Of a stretch of 64,000 bases of DNA, positions 11,838 through 24,800 are shown one piece after another. The translations under genes and the position numbers were made by a program. This stretch comes from Epithemia pelagica (taxonomy: Eukaryota; Protista; Bacillariophyta). Location: assembly GCA_946965045.2 (NCBI GenBank), contig OX337233.1, forward strand, positions 1,922,001-1,986,000, read 5' to 3'. Under the pieces are notes generated by a model that was not told the DNA's origin, searched no databases, and saw nothing but the letters and a program-made list of their open reading frames with translations. Every line of letters begins with the position of its first letter. Position 1 is the stretch's first letter.

Positions 11838-12545
11838 TTGCTTCTTGTTCTCAAGATAACAGAAAATCAGTTCCAAGTTTGTGTACGGACGATTAAAAGA
11901 AGCATATAGTAGATGTGAAGGACATGATGCCAATAGGCCATTCGTTTGTTACTGTAGCAGGAAAGATTATCTTGGTTTTTCTCATAGTCCAAATGTCACT
12001 TTCCAACACGTAGAACATGATTTAGGTGGGAAAAGTTGTTTTTGTCGTTTGGATTATCATGAGAGTGTCCTCTTTCATGGGAGCCAGGTGACTATTCTAG
12101 GAGCAGTATTTTCTTTTGGTTGCGGTCGCGATAAGTTGCGAAGATGTCAATGCCTCTCGCGCAGAAGTTGGCATTAGGTCAGCCATGGATTCTTCCAATG
12201 CACCTGAGAAACTCAAGCTTCTATTGTTCCATAAACAGTGAACCATGGGAGACGAAAACATTCTGCCATTGAGCATCTTCGAAAGAAAAGATTAATTGCC
12301 ACTTTACGCGGTAAGTGTTTCCGCCATGAAAGTGTCCCCGGGGTCCCCAAACAAGCTTCATGATATGCTGAATCGGCATCCCTCCGTAGTCGATCAGAAG
12401 CTAGCAAGTCCCCGTGGAATGTCTCACCAACCAAGTAGGGAGGAGTAATTCCAAGGTACTCGATCGGCGGTCATAGTGCTTCATGTTTCTTGCTTGTTCG
12501 TTTGTTAGCGACGGGAGGTCTTTGGTGTTGTCGCACCTGCGATGG

Positions 12546-15500
12546 TCATTTCTCCCAAAACGTACGAGTTTCCACCGCTCGGACAACTTCATGTTGTAAA
12601 ATTTGATCCCGCAACAAGTCGAGGTCATGCTGGTTGTTTTCATCCTCAATAAAGATACAATGGCCTGCACATAGTCTTTCCTGTTCATGGCGACGAAATC
12701 GTTCAGTGATGCCCTGTTCATCCTTCTCTTCTTCTTCCACTGAATCGTCCCCGCCATGCTCTGTCAATGAAGACGACAATTCCACTGCAAAGGCTCCATA
12801 TAGAGCATTCCACGCATAACCAAACAAGACCAACTGCGACAATCGCAATAATGGAAAACAACCACCATGTCCGCCTCCACCATATTCTTCAACTTCTCGT
12901 GAAATCAAATTCGTCTTTCCAACACAGCGACTCGACGACAACGCCGGAAAAGAAGAGCCATGTTTCGGGAATGGCCCAATATTGTCCACGAGCAAAATGG
13001 GCAATGTATAGGGCAAGGTTTGAAATTCATTGTCTGAACCACCATGACTCCCTTGCTCCAGCAAATGCGCCATGAATTGATAATCCAAATCATTGAGACG
13101 TTCGGCTAGATCCTTGACATTTTCTCCATCCTCCGCGTCCACATCATGCTTATGAGTCGGTGCACGAACAAACTCCAAAGTTTGTTGCCACCACACATGA
13201 ATTGCACGGTTCAAGATATTCTTTTTGTCATCGATGTCAGCTATGTCGTCCTCGTTCCCTTCAAACTTCTCCTCACTACGACAAAGGGTCCGGTGGTTAC
13301 CTCCCGTCGCCAATCGCGGCGGACCCACAACAGCATCGTGACGACCTTGCGTTCGCCGGCGATGACCATTGGTGTCATGCTCATCATCATTCTCTTTGCC
13401 ATGGATCCAGTGCGACAAGGTCAATACTTCCTCTCCGCGGTGACGATCATGACTACTTGCCAAAGTGGGAATCCAAAAAACGTGGCCAGGGATTTCTTGG
13501 TAGGCAAGAGCCTTTTCACGGGTCAATGATACAGTATCCAGGGACAGCTGAATGTCTTGTCCTCCCTGATGGTGTACTCCGGTTATGTACCATCTTGTTG
13601 GCACAACATCAACAGCCATGTTTTGTAGGGCCTTCTCACTAATGATCCATTCGTCATTGACGTTGTAGAGGTTGGCGTCTGATCCTTCATCCATGAATTC
13701 TTCCTTCTTGTGGCTTGTATTATCATTCGGGAAAGATTGTTCCTGGTTGCGGTGACCCGGCAATGGTGAAGATATAACTGCAATCAAGCACATGTCCAAT
13801 ACTATGTCATCTAAACTGGTGGCAAAGGCCTTCATATCTTGAATTGCGGCATCCTTAACAATTGGCGAAATTTGAAACAAAAGAACACAGGGTTGTCCAT
13901 TCCATTGATTCAAATTCTGTCGAACTGACTGGAGCATGGCCGCACCGGCCTGTCCTCCCATGGCAGCACTGATTTGGACAGTTTGAACCAACGTAACATC
14001 CAGCTCGGAGTCCAAAGCTTTGCTGGCCGTGGCTTTGGAGCGACGATCTTTAGATTTCGGATTCCACCCCGGTGCAGTGGAAAGAAATTCGATTTCGTCC
14101 CTGTTCCTCCAGGACAAGGTGTAACGGCATTCCATTTTGAACTTGGAAGACGCCGCCGCATGATGACGACCACGGTGGTTGTCACCCAGACCAGACAAAC
14201 AATAAAGTCGTGAAGGAAGTTGACTCCGATCATCCATGCTGTTTTTGGAACGACAGGCTCTCCATTCGGTAGGAGGAACTCCCAAGGGAGAAGTCGGAGT
14301 TTGTGAGGTGGACGACGAGGACCATAACTTCGATAGGCGATTTGCAGTGTTGCTCTTGTGTGCATCAAAACTTGAAGTGGGAACGACAATGGCGCCTTCG
14401 GGAAGTAATACTTTGACAACACTGGGGGACGCCGGCCCTTGATCCACATACTCCTGTTCTAAAACGGCCAATTGCTGAGAACGAAACCGTCGTTTCCATT
14501 CTTGAAAATGGAAAAAAGGACCTGTTATGCCCTGAACAGATCGCAAGGCTGGAATGTTAACATTTTGAAACGCTTGTTTGTACAGCTTACCCTTGACCCA
14601 ATACACATTTTCCTGTGCACTGACCGGTGTTGTCAAACACAGGTACTTTTGATATTTGGGTTGGACCCAAAACATGCAATGAGGTTCCTTGTCATTATCC
14701 TTGATCTTGTGGCTATGAAACGGTAGTGACAATGGTTCCATGGCTCCCACAGGTATCTGCAAGGGTTGGCGCAGATCTTGGTAGACTGGGTCAGTAAGGA
14801 ACCAATCCGGTGCAAGATCCAAGAGAGAGGACGGGGACAAAGCTTTGTTGGAGGTCGAGTCGTGTTCCTCGTCTGTACGTGATAATTCGTCCTCTGCAGA
14901 AGTGTCCAATTTGACGAGGACATGCCCTCGCTCCCTTGGGATCTGCTTCTTCTTCTTCTTTTTGGATTTTTCTTCGTTCGGTCGTGGGAACATGTACAAG
15001 CCTTGTTGGTAGACACCATCTTGTGTCGACACATCAGTCCATGCCTTGACGGCATATTTGATGGAAATATCGGTTCGTTCCAATAGGGCGGCGGAATAAC
15101 ATCCTTCGGCCGACTCCAATTGAAATCCTGCATTGCTGGAGAGCATGTTATACCATCGTTCGTCCATTTTGCTCAAATAGTCGCACTCTCGCCACCACAC
15201 TTGTCGACTGGCCACAGTATTCTTGTGCATGGTGAATTGTCCCTTGACATACAATCGCTCTTGATCACCAAAGCCAAAAGTAACAACATCATAATCGGTC
15301 CATTCTGATTCATCCAAATGACGACCCAAATCACCAAATACCATGTCCAAATCTGTATAGCCCCAGTGCGTATAATATAGTTCATCATCGGCATCATCTT
15401 TGGCACCATCATGGATCAACAAGTCTTGAAAAATGTAGCCGTAGGCAGGCTTGTATTCCACCAAGGTGTAGGGATAAAGTTGTAAATGAGCAGTCAAAAT

Positions 15501-16163
15501 AGTCTCCAGTCGAGAAGCGGGAAACTTCAAGTTCCTCTTCTTGTTCTTGTCGTCCGGAACGAGGACTCGGGTCAACAACTTGGCCATGGCCTGCGTCGAT
15601 CCTACATGGACCAAATGGACATTGTTGGCTTGCAAACATGCGTGTACAGGTCCATCTTTCGACTCATCTTCCTCCATCATTGTGATGCTTGACAATACAC
15701 CGTTATGAATGAGAAAAAAGTCAGCCACGTCGGCTGCTGCTGTAGCTCCTTGACAAAAGAGTGAGAGATAGGCCGGAATTTGTTCGGGGCCGTCACCCAC
15801 AAAAGGCAGCAACAAGGCCAATCGGTGATAGGGACGACCATGTTGCTTCTTGGTTGCGACAGGTCGTTTGGGAGGACGTGGCAATCCCATCAAAGCCATG
15901 GAGGGAGCGACGGCATGATTTGCATGGTTGGACGAGCCTCGTCCTTCGGTGCGAGACAGACGTGATGGCAGCTGCCAGGCCAAGAGTGCCACCATGGTTA
16001 AGAAGACAAGACCTCCCACCAAAATGATGGAACGAATCCAGAGGGGGTCCACGTTGGCCCTAGAAACTCTTTTTGTAGTGCTCAGTTTTTGATGATATTT
16101 CATCTTGATTGTGCCGTTGTTGGAAGTGGTACGAGTGGTGGGTTCCGTCCGCGGATGTGGCAA
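12546..16163 (-). CDS. Type II membrane protein with a DUF6625-like putative glycosyltransferase domain
   Basis: 1205-aa ORF. N-terminal TM segment IILVGGLVFLTMVALLAW; VEYKPAYGYIFQD...THWGYTDLDMVFGDL (DxD) matches my recollection of the DUF6625 motif. Confidence 0.6.
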   Translation of the reverse strand: MPHPRTEPTTRTTSNNGTIKMKYHQKLSTTKRVSRANVDPLWIRSIILVGGLVFLTMVALLAWQLPSRLSRTEGRGSSNHANHAVAPSMALMGLPRPPKRPVATKKQHGRPYHRLALLLPFVGDGPEQIPAYLSLFCQGATAAADVADFFLIHNGVLSSITMMEEDESKDGPVHACLQANNVHLVHVGSTQAMAKLLTRVLVPDDKNKKRNLKFPASRLETILTAHLQLYPYTLVEYKPAYGYIFQDLLIHDGAKDDADDELYYTHWGYTDLDMVFGDLGRHLDESEWTDYDVVTFGFGDQERLYVKGQFTMHKNTVASRQVWWRECDYLSKMDERWYNMLSSNAGFQLESAEGCYSAALLERTDISIKYAVKAWTDVSTQDGVYQQGLYMFPRPNEEKSKKKKKKQIPRERGHVLVKLDTSAEDELSRTDEEHDSTSNKALSPSSLLDLAPDWFLTDPVYQDLRQPLQIPVGAMEPLSLPFHSHKIKDNDKEPHCMFWVQPKYQKYLCLTTPVSAQENVYWVKGKLYKQAFQNVNIPALRSVQGITGPFFHFQEWKRRFRSQQLAVLEQEYVDQGPASPSVVKVLLPEGAIVVPTSSFDAHKSNTANRLSKLWSSSSTSQTPTSPLGVPPTEWRACRSKNSMDDRSQLPSRLYCLSGLGDNHRGRHHAAASSKFKMECRYTLSWRNRDEIEFLSTAPGWNPKSKDRRSKATASKALDSELDVTLVQTVQISAAMGGQAGAAMLQSVRQNLNQWNGQPCVLLFQISPIVKDAAIQDMKAFATSLDDIVLDMCLIAVISSPLPGHRNQEQSFPNDNTSHKKEEFMDEGSDANLYNVNDEWIISEKALQNMAVDVVPTRWYITGVHHQGGQDIQLSLDTVSLTREKALAYQEIPGHVFWIPTLASSHDRHRGEEVLTLSHWIHGKENDDEHDTNGHRRRTQGRHDAVVGPPRLATGGNHRTLCRSEEKFEGNEDDIADIDDKKNILNRAIHVWWQQTLEFVRAPTHKHDVDAEDGENVKDLAERLNDLDYQFMAHLLEQGSHGGSDNEFQTLPYTLPILLVDNIGPFPKHGSSFPALSSSRCVGKTNLISREVEEYGGGGHGGCFPLLRLSQLVLFGYAWNALYGAFAVELSSSLTEHGGDDSVEEEEKDEQGITERFRRHEQERLCAGHCIFIEDENNQHDLDLLRDQILQHEVVRAVETRTFWEK

Positions 16164-16731
16164 TCCTTGTGCTTTCTCCTTCCTTTTTATGGAATAAAAA
16201 ATATTGATCTAGTATTCTTGTTGTGGTTGTAAGACAAAGGGGGTTTGCATGTCAAGATTGGATAGACAATATCAGAACAGGAAGATTCAAAGGTTCACTA
16301 ACACGTCCAAAACACACAACGAGAAGGAAAACTTGGCTGTATCAGGAATATTCCAGTCCCTTCTTGTCGATGAGGGTATATTCCTCAACCTTCAGAATCA
16401 AAACGGTCCCTCAGTGTTTGGCAAGGAGTGGGTTTGTTCCTGTCATGGTTGTGTGTCCAGATTCATCGCACCGGTGTGACGAGAGAGAAAAAACCGTGAC
16501 AAGCGCGGCTCTTCTGTGACTTATAAGCGACTCTCCATCAGAGACGACTCTCGCGCCGGATCGTCCGTTCGGCTCGGGAGTGTCCGCGCTCGTCTTCGTC
16601 TTGGGTGGAGCATTGGCGCCAAATCTTTCTTGGGTACCTCTGTTGTGCTTGTCTGGAACAACGACAACGGATCAAAGTATTCTCCTTCCGATCACTTTGT
16701 GGTTGCATCAAAATCATCATCCTGCATCATC

Positions 16732-17980
16732 ATGTCTGCTGCCGATGCGGCCGTAGGTAGGTCATGTGGATTATTCGTGAGAGGCCTGCTCCCTTGTCGA
16801 TCGTTTCATGTCATTGTTCCTTGGTGCTCTTTTCATCTTTGTGTCTGGATTGTGTCTCATGAAAACTTTATAATTTTGTTGTTGTTTCGAACGATGGACA
16901 TTTTCCGGACTTGGATGTCTACGTTTGTTAGGCATTATGGACGGCGCCTACTTTGTAGGTCGCAAAGAGTTGTTGGAATTTTTCAATGAATTGTTGGACA
17001 TTAACCTTAGCAAGATTGAACAAACGGCGTCCGGTGCCGTTGCCTGTCAAGTGACGGAACTCATTTTCCCCAATTCCATACCCATGTCTCGCGTGAATTG
17101 GGAAGCTCGGTCGGATTACGAATTTGTCCAAAACTACAAGTTGTTGCAAGCCGCCTTCACCAAACATCGCGTTCAACGACACGTCGATGTCGACAAGTTG
17201 ATTCGGGCGAAGTATCAAGACAATTTGGAATTTTGTCAATGGCTCAAGGCTTTCTACGACCAAGCCGGGACGGGTGGTATGAGACCGGATGATTACGATC
17301 CGGCTGCCGTACGAGCCAAGGGCAAGGGGGGAAAGAAATTCAATCAACTGCAAGGATCGGGTGGTGGCCGCAGCCGAGGAGGTGCCACGCGAGCAGGAGC
17401 AGGAGGAATCGCCAAGAGCCGTGTAACCCCCACTTCGTCTCGATCGCCCGTACCATCTTCCGCGTCCCCCTTGCGATCCCACAATTACAATCACCACAGC
17501 GCTAGCAAATCCAATGGAACTGCCCTGGCGCAGGAAAATACGCAACTACAAGAAAAGGTATCGTATTTGGAAAGTGCCTTGGAAGAAGTGGAACGTGACC
17601 GTGATCAAATCGTTATGGATGTGGAAAAGGAACGCGACTTTTATTTCGGCAAGTTGCGGTCTATTGAGGTCATGCTGCAAGTGCATCAAGAGGATCAAGA
17701 CCAAACAGGCGATGATTCGCAACAACTTGACGAGAATGGGGAACCCAAGGAAAGGCCGACCACCGAGGAAACTCTCAATCATTTGGTGGAAAGGGTATTT
17801 CAAATCTTGTACGCCACGGCCGAAGACAACTTGACGGTCAATTCTCGTGGCCAAGTTGTGGATGCTGCCACCTTGGAAGAGGAAGAAGAGGGAGAAATCG
17901 ACCCCATACACCAACCTATTGCCGAGCATCCCTCGGGCGACGGCGACAGTTTACTCGCTGAAGCCCTGGATGAGGAGTAA
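16732..17980 (+). CDS. EB1: Microtubule end-binding protein EB1 (CH domain plus EBH domain); exons 16732-16756 and 16932-17980
   Basis: MDGAYFVGRKELL...YQDNLEFCQWLK and ERDFYFGKLRSIE. GT-AG intron 16757-16931 joins MSAADAAVG|IMDG in frame. Confidence 0.97.
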
Positions 17981-18537
17981 ACCAAATGCCGAGGAACCTT
18001 GTTTGGACAAAGGCAACCAAGGGAATGAACGGAAAAGGAAATTGGATCTAGTTTTCCATGTTATGATAGCCACAAGTAAATCGAACTTTCCATGATTGTC
18101 CTTTCTTTCATTCATGACTAAGGAAATCTGGAATGAGAGCTCCACTCGCCAATCTTACGATTCATATGACTAAGGGACCTAGGAGTAGGAGAGGAGGAGG
18201 AGTATTGGATTTTCGAAGCAGGAGTAGATGGTAGATAAGGTAGATACGGCTACACCACCGACCGAGCGAGCGCGTCATCTCACTTGCGACAAGCGGGAAC
18301 GCCAACCAACATGGGCGCACGCAGAAGCAAAAGCGAGAGGTTTTCTTGTCATTCCGCCCCCATTGATCTCTTGATGCCGTGAGAGTGTGAGGATTTCCTG
18401 GGAAGGGGGAGAACTTGAGGCATCGAAGCAAAGTCTTTTGGCGTTGTCGTACTGATTACGCTTGTTTACTTTTGTTGTTGTTGAGGGGAGTTCGATCGAA
18501 TCAAAAGCGTCCAGTTTCTGTTCGATCTTTTCCAAAA

Positions 18538-19229
18538 ATGTCTGTATCTTCCGCCGTTCGAATCGCGTCAATGAAGACGTCTGCACTACGAATGTATACC
18601 ATTGGTTGCAGTATGGCGCAGCAACCTCTTGGACCCCTGGCATTTCACAGTGGCGCCATGTCGTCGTTTTCGGAAAAGACCTCAACGACATTTGGTTCGC
18701 GCCATTTTTCTTCCACCACTACCGGTGCGACGACGACAACGGCTGCGGAGGAAAGCGCTCTCATTGGATTGAACAATTTGACCGAATCCGTGGCAGCATC
18801 GCACCCAGATATTTCCAAATCCAAAATCAAAGCCATTTTACGAAGCACGTCATTGGAAATTGTCAAGGTACGTCGGTCGAACTACTTGTAGTTCTTTTGT
18901 ACTGTGTTGTGACACGAGTACGGTACCGGATATGAATCTCACCCCTGTTGGAATTTGTCTGTTTTATCATTCCTTGTTTTCTTCTGGACTTGAAATAGGC
19001 CGTTTCCGATGGAAAAACTGTCCGATGGCCCAAGTTGGGAACATGGTCGGTACGGACGCAGAAAGCTCGTGACTTTACTAATCCCCAAAATCCTGAAGGT
19101 CCGAAAGTGTCCAAACCGGACAAACAAGTTGTGAAGTTCAAGACCCCAGCGCCTATCAAGGCCATTGTCGCCGGAGAACGTTCGATTGATGAAGTGTTTA
19201 ATCCGCCGCCGAAATCAAAAACTGAGTAG
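18538..19229 (+). CDS. HU/IHF-like DNA-binding protein 1 with a mitochondrial-type presequence; exons 18538-18867 and 18999-19229 (186 aa)
   Basis: Spliced product: LNNLTESVAASHPDISKSKIKAILRSTSLEIVK|AVSDGKTVRWPKLGTWSVRTQKARDFTNPQNPEGPKVSKPDKQVVKFKTPAPIKAIV. Intron GTACGT...ATAG. The presequence ends RHFSS. Confidence 0.88.
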
Positions 19230-20518
19230 GGAAACATACATGCCATATTGGATCGCGAGCTATTTTGATCTTGGTTGAACGCCTTGTCATTCAAAATCGA
19301 GAATGATTTACTTCAACAAGATTGTATCCGACAAAGCCTTTCAAGTCACAAAACGATCATACCTATTCGCACGAACCACAACTAGCAGCATTTCCTCAAC
19401 ACTCAAGCCAGTCATAGTACTTTTAGTATCATATCTCGAGTTCGTCATTACTAGGAGTATGGCCTTGTTGTCTGGAAAACATCTATGAGTCAGCGATCAA
19501 CAATTATGCAGCTTAAATGTTCAGGAGCAAGAGCTCATCATATGGACTCCGTAGCAACAGTGACAGATTCATTCACTCTCATTATCCTTCCTACCTACTA
19601 TCCGATAGGTCTCCAAAGTCTTTTTACTCATCTATTTCTACCACTCCTACAGACTAAACTATCTAAAGGAGGGGTTCACAATCCATAATCCTGTAAGATC
19701 GTACCATTTCTTTATCATGTTCAACCTTTGCTCGGTCCACTTGCAAACCCTAGCAGAAACTGCTCTCAAGCGATCCATCGGCAGAATAGTCAATATTTTA
19801 AACAAGAATGTACCGCTACCATCTTGCAATTTGCAATGTATCGAAGTTTCGCGTCACGGCGACCACAGCTTCTCCGCCGCAGCTTTACAAGGTCACCGGA
19901 GTTTCAAACGACGAAGTCAAAGGATGAGTATGGGGCACTTCTTATTGGCAGTCTTCTAGGAAGTCAATTCCACGATCCTTAGCTGTGTTTGCCATGAAAC
20001 GAGAGGAAGCAGTGACGAATGTGCGAGAGTTCCCATTTTGTGACGCGGCCACCTACCAACCTAGCCAAAAATGGCAGGCGGTGACAAGTGTGAAGGATGT
20101 GTCTTGTTCTCGCGAACATCATCTCGGCGGACGCGCATAACGTTATCCAGATGTCGTTTTGGTCTTGAGGGATCAAGACTGATAAGAATCAATTATTGCC
20201 CTCGACATTATTGGTCGCTGTATTCCTACCCGTTATAAATGTCTCCCGGTCGCTTGGCGCACACAAAATGGTTGTGTCGTTTGACTCTCACAAAATTTCC
20301 CCGGATTCTTGCATATTCGACAAAAGGCAATCCCTTCTTCAAGAATACTCGTGCTTGCTTACAGGATCAAGTTCGGCAAGGATGCTCCATCATAAGCGGA
20401 CACATTTCGAGTTCTTAGCATCTTCCGACAAGTTGTTTTCCTGGCTTGCGGCACTACGTGACAACAACAACAGACCAACTCAACGAATAGCACTGTGCTA
20501 CTTGATACTGTTGATACA

Positions 20519-21094
20519 ATGAAGTTCACATGCAACCTGATCATACTGCTGACCTACCTAATCTCAGCTGCTTCCGCAGTAAGATTTGAGTACTCAAGAA
20601 ACTTGGTCGAGGTCGAGAAAAAGCACAAGGACTCCAAGGATACAAAGAGAGCCAAGAAATTGAAGAAAGATAAAGAGGACTACGATGACATGTCCATGTC
20701 CTTTTCAATGCCACATAAAGGGAAAAAAGACGGAAACGATGGAAAGAAGGCATCCAAGTCGCCTTCATACTACAGTCCGACAGGAAAGAAAGGAAAGAAG
20801 GACGACAATGACATGGATATGGATATGTCAATGTCGATGCCCGCTAAAGGCAAGGGTGATTACTCCAAAGGAAAAAAGAATGACAAGAGTAGCAAAAGTT
20901 CAGAAGGAAAGGGAAAAGGAAAAGGTGACTATACACCAAGTCCCTCGAAGGGCTCAGTACCGTCGAAAGGAAAGGGAAAAGGTAAAGGTAAAGGAGACTA
21001 TACATCAAGTCCTTCTAAGGGCTCCGTACCATCAAAAGGAATGGGCAAAGGTAAAGGAAAAGGAGATTCCAAAGGATCGACCCGTCGGTGGTAG
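20519..21094 (+). CDS. Secreted Lys/Ser/Gly-rich low-complexity protein (silaffin/cingulin-like composition)
   Basis: Signal peptide MKFTCNLIILLTYLISAASA; MSMSFSM and MDMDMSMSM motifs; KSSK and KGKG; tandem GKGKGKGDYT(P/S)SPSKGSVPSK. Confidence 0.75.
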   Translation: MKFTCNLIILLTYLISAASAVRFEYSRNLVEVEKKHKDSKDTKRAKKLKKDKEDYDDMSMSFSMPHKGKKDGNDGKKASKSPSYYSPTGKKGKKDDNDMDMDMSMSMPAKGKGDYSKGKKNDKSSKSSEGKGKGKGDYTPSPSKGSVPSKGKGKGKGKGDYTSSPSKGSVPSKGMGKGKGKGDSKGSTRRW

Positions 21095-21818
21095 TAAACG
21101 AAAATGAGAATGGAAGACAACTCGACGTTGTTCCTACCGAGAATGATACAAACCGTCACCTCTCCCAAAACCGTTGTATACAAGTCCCCCAGATTATTTT
21201 TATGTTTTGTTTGAAAGCACGCAAAAAGGACAAAATGAACCGCAGCTGTCACCAAGCTTATGGTGTTTGTTTCCATTTGTTGCTTCTCGTCCTATACAAT
21301 AGCACTTCTATTTAGAGCTCACTGCCACATATTGTCACGTCAATGGAGAGACGGAAGATGAAGAGAGGATGGCTAGGATTGAACGGAGTATTGTTGACAG
21401 AACAATAGGTAAACTAGTGGAAGCGACTACTGTGCATCTATTTCTCTTGCTGTAATCCAAAATGGCAATGTCATCTAGGCCGCGTCGAGAACGCGGGGGT
21501 TCCTGCGTAGTCTCTCGGTAATGCGAAGAATAGAGCAACCCCGAAAAAACTTGCCCTCAAGATATTATTCAACTAGTTGACTGTATTACATATAATATGA
21601 TGCGTCGAACTTGAATGGTGCGTAGCATGTACGCGAGTTGCAAAGTAAAAAAATTGGCTCCTTTGCGATTTGAGCCAGAGCACAATTTAAGGGGTCGAAA
21701 ATGCGTCTTTCGTTTAAATTTGATCTCTGGTACATGCAAATGACTACATGCATCAACCGATTAAGTCCTTCGTTGTGCGTGGGGATTACATGCTCCCATC
21801 GGCTGTCTTTATCTTTCT

Positions 21819-24800
21819 TCATCGCTTCCATTTTCGGCGTTTCCGTGTCTTACTGTTTCGTTCCCCATTGCCCGTTTTCTTCTGCTTATCCCCCATCCCA
21901 AAGATACGTTTGAATTCCTCCCAATCAACAGTACCTGTATCATCCAAGTCCAAGGCATCAAGAATATCCTTGATATCTTGCTCTGTATAGGTTGGATCGA
22001 AATCTTTGAGAAGTGAGCTAATTTCGTTCAATTCGATTTTACCAGTCTTCCCAGTACCCACAAAATCAAAGGCATCGCGGAGGGCCGCTTCTGTTTTCGG
22101 AAAGCTTTGACCAGACTTGGCACAAAAAGCTTTTTGAAATTCACGACGTAAGCAAATTTCCCGAATGCTCTCTTTGAAGGAAGGATGGGAATCCAACAAT
22201 TTGTAAAAGTCTCGCGCTTTCATTACAAACACTTTGCATTCATCCGCTACGCATTTGGCATCAACATTACGCTTCCGGCCAAAGACAAAGGAATGCTCAC
22301 CCGTCATTTCACCCTTTCCGACATAAATAATGTCTTGGTCACCAGTAGTTAGTACAACCTGGCCTTCGTCGACCAAAAATAAAGTGTTACCCTCCTCGCC
22401 CTTTCGAAAGAGATAATCTCCCTTCTTATAGAGTCTCTCTTCCATGTTCTTCTGAAGCTGCAAAAGCATCTTGGCGCGCTGTCGCTTTCGCGCCTTGTCC
22501 TTTTCACGCAAATTCAGTTTCACACCTACCAAGAGGAAAAAGAAATGAAACAGATTGGGTGAGTGACGAGTTCATGTCGAACCCCATTAGAACAGACAAA
22601 ACGATGAATCGACCACAAGACAAGCTTTCTTTCGTACCATGATCTGTTGCAATATATTTCTCAAAGTACTCGCGACTAATTTCAATAGCATGAATAGGCG
22701 TGACACACTTGATGGAGGCCGATCGAATTTGATTGGGATTCAAGAGGGCGCCTTCTCCAAAAAATTCTCCCGATTGTCGTTGCGCACGGTAGCCGTCCTT
22801 GGTGAAAATTTCAATCGTGCCCGAATTCAAAAAGAACATGGAGTGACCTGCCTCGCCTTCTCGGTATATCATATGACCCTTGGGGAAGTACTTGTTGTGC
22901 ATGTGTTCGGATAAAATGTCAGAGAACCCCGACAGCGACAAATCACCAACGCCACCCAAGGCACTTTCGTCTTGTTGTCCTTGATCTCCCACTAGTTTCC
23001 GTAATTCCTTGGCCGGAATGTACCCTCGATGATCGGGATCGAACATTTGAAAGGATCGTTCAATTAGGGATGTTCGTTTGGCGACTGAATTGTCAACAAT
23101 AGCCGCCGTGCCGGGACCTCCCTTACCCGTGCCACCCGCCGCATCACCATTGACACTATCCGGAACGACCGGCTCGTCTGCCGAAAACAACTGCGTCGAG
23201 GATGCCGTGGACGATACAGAGGCCGCAGCTGCCTTCTTTTTGGGGGTTCGCGCCGCCGTGGTATCGTCGCCACCATCATTGATATTGTGTGCGCCCATAC
23301 TCACAGCTACCATACCCGCAAAGGCCTTGGCTTGCAAGGAGGTTTGAAAGGCTCGATAGGCCGACAAACGCTTGTCGGAATCTTGCATTTTCTGGGTACG
23401 TGCCGTTTCGCCGCGTACCCAGGGGTTTTCCAACAATTCCTGGGCCGTCACACGATTCATGGGATCCCATTGCAACAACAATTCAATCACTTTTACCGCA
23501 TCCGCAGACAAGTGCGCCGTCAAGGGCGAATTGCCCAGTGGAGGATTGTGTCCCGATACAATGGCTTGTTCAATTTCCTCGTCTGTGGACGTTCCAGACA
23601 AATCAAACGGATGAACCGCTGTCAACAGAATATACAAAATGACTCCCAACGCCCACATGTCAAAGGACGGATCCAAGACAGACGCTGGTCCCGGTGGTGA
23701 TACAGCATTGGCAGGGGATGGTTGTCGTTGTTGTTGCGCTTTGCGTTCCTTCTTGAGCTTGTCCACAAGTTGCTTGCGCTTCAGTACTTCGGGCGAACTG
23801 TAAGCCGGTGTCAAGGCGGTTCCACGTGTGCTGCCATTGCTGGCCTCATCTTGGTAAGAGACCGAAGAAGAAGCCGATGCGGATGCGGATCCATTCGATG
23901 CGGACTGTTTGGGTTTGCTCCGTCCCCACGCCAGAGATACAAGGGAGGACAAGTGTCCGGTTGTTTGGGGTTCGGCTGGATCGGCCACGGGTCGTATTTG
24001 GGCACAGCCAAAGTCCACCACCTTGACGACAGCCGCCGCCTTTTCGCGGGTGGACAACATGAGATTTTCTGGCTTCAAATCGCCATGGACGACACCGAGT
24101 CCATGCATAAAATTCAGCGCACTGGCCACTTCGCGGACCAGCCGCGCGGCATCGGCTTCACTGTAGGGACCCTGTTCGCACAAGTGATGAAACAATTCGC
24201 CTCCAGCAATCAAATCCAACACCAAATAATAATGACCATCGTCACTGTCAAAGGCGGCTTGCAAACCGCAGATATTGGGATGTCCGCCGTGATCCCGCAA
24301 TTCCAACAGGACCTGCATTTCATTTTGAAAAACGACTTGATCGGTGCACGATTTGGTTATCTTTTTGATCGCCACAGCTTCCCCCGTGGCACGGTTGGTG
24401 CCGGAATAGACGGCACCAAAGGTTCCCTCGCCCAAGGGACGACGCCAATTCACCTTGAATTTGCTCTCGAGTGTGACACCCTTTTCACTGGCCTCGGCCA
24501 ATTGACCCGCCACGGTAGCACCGCGACGGCGCGCCAAACTGCGATTCCGAGGCTGCCCTGGGGGTGGCGAGGAGGGTGTGGGTGAAGGAGACACGGACGA
24601 GGAGGAAGAAACGCCGGCTTCGGAAGAGGCTGCTCCAAACATGTTGCTCGTGGCTCCTGCTTCGGCTGCTTCCATGGAAGTGGTTAATACTTTCCGAGGA
24701 TGATAAAAGACACTCGAACACAAGGCGGTTAACGTGGAAGGATCCACCAAAAGGCCTTGCTGTTGCTTGTTGTTGTGATGGAGGGCGGCACGAGAATGGT

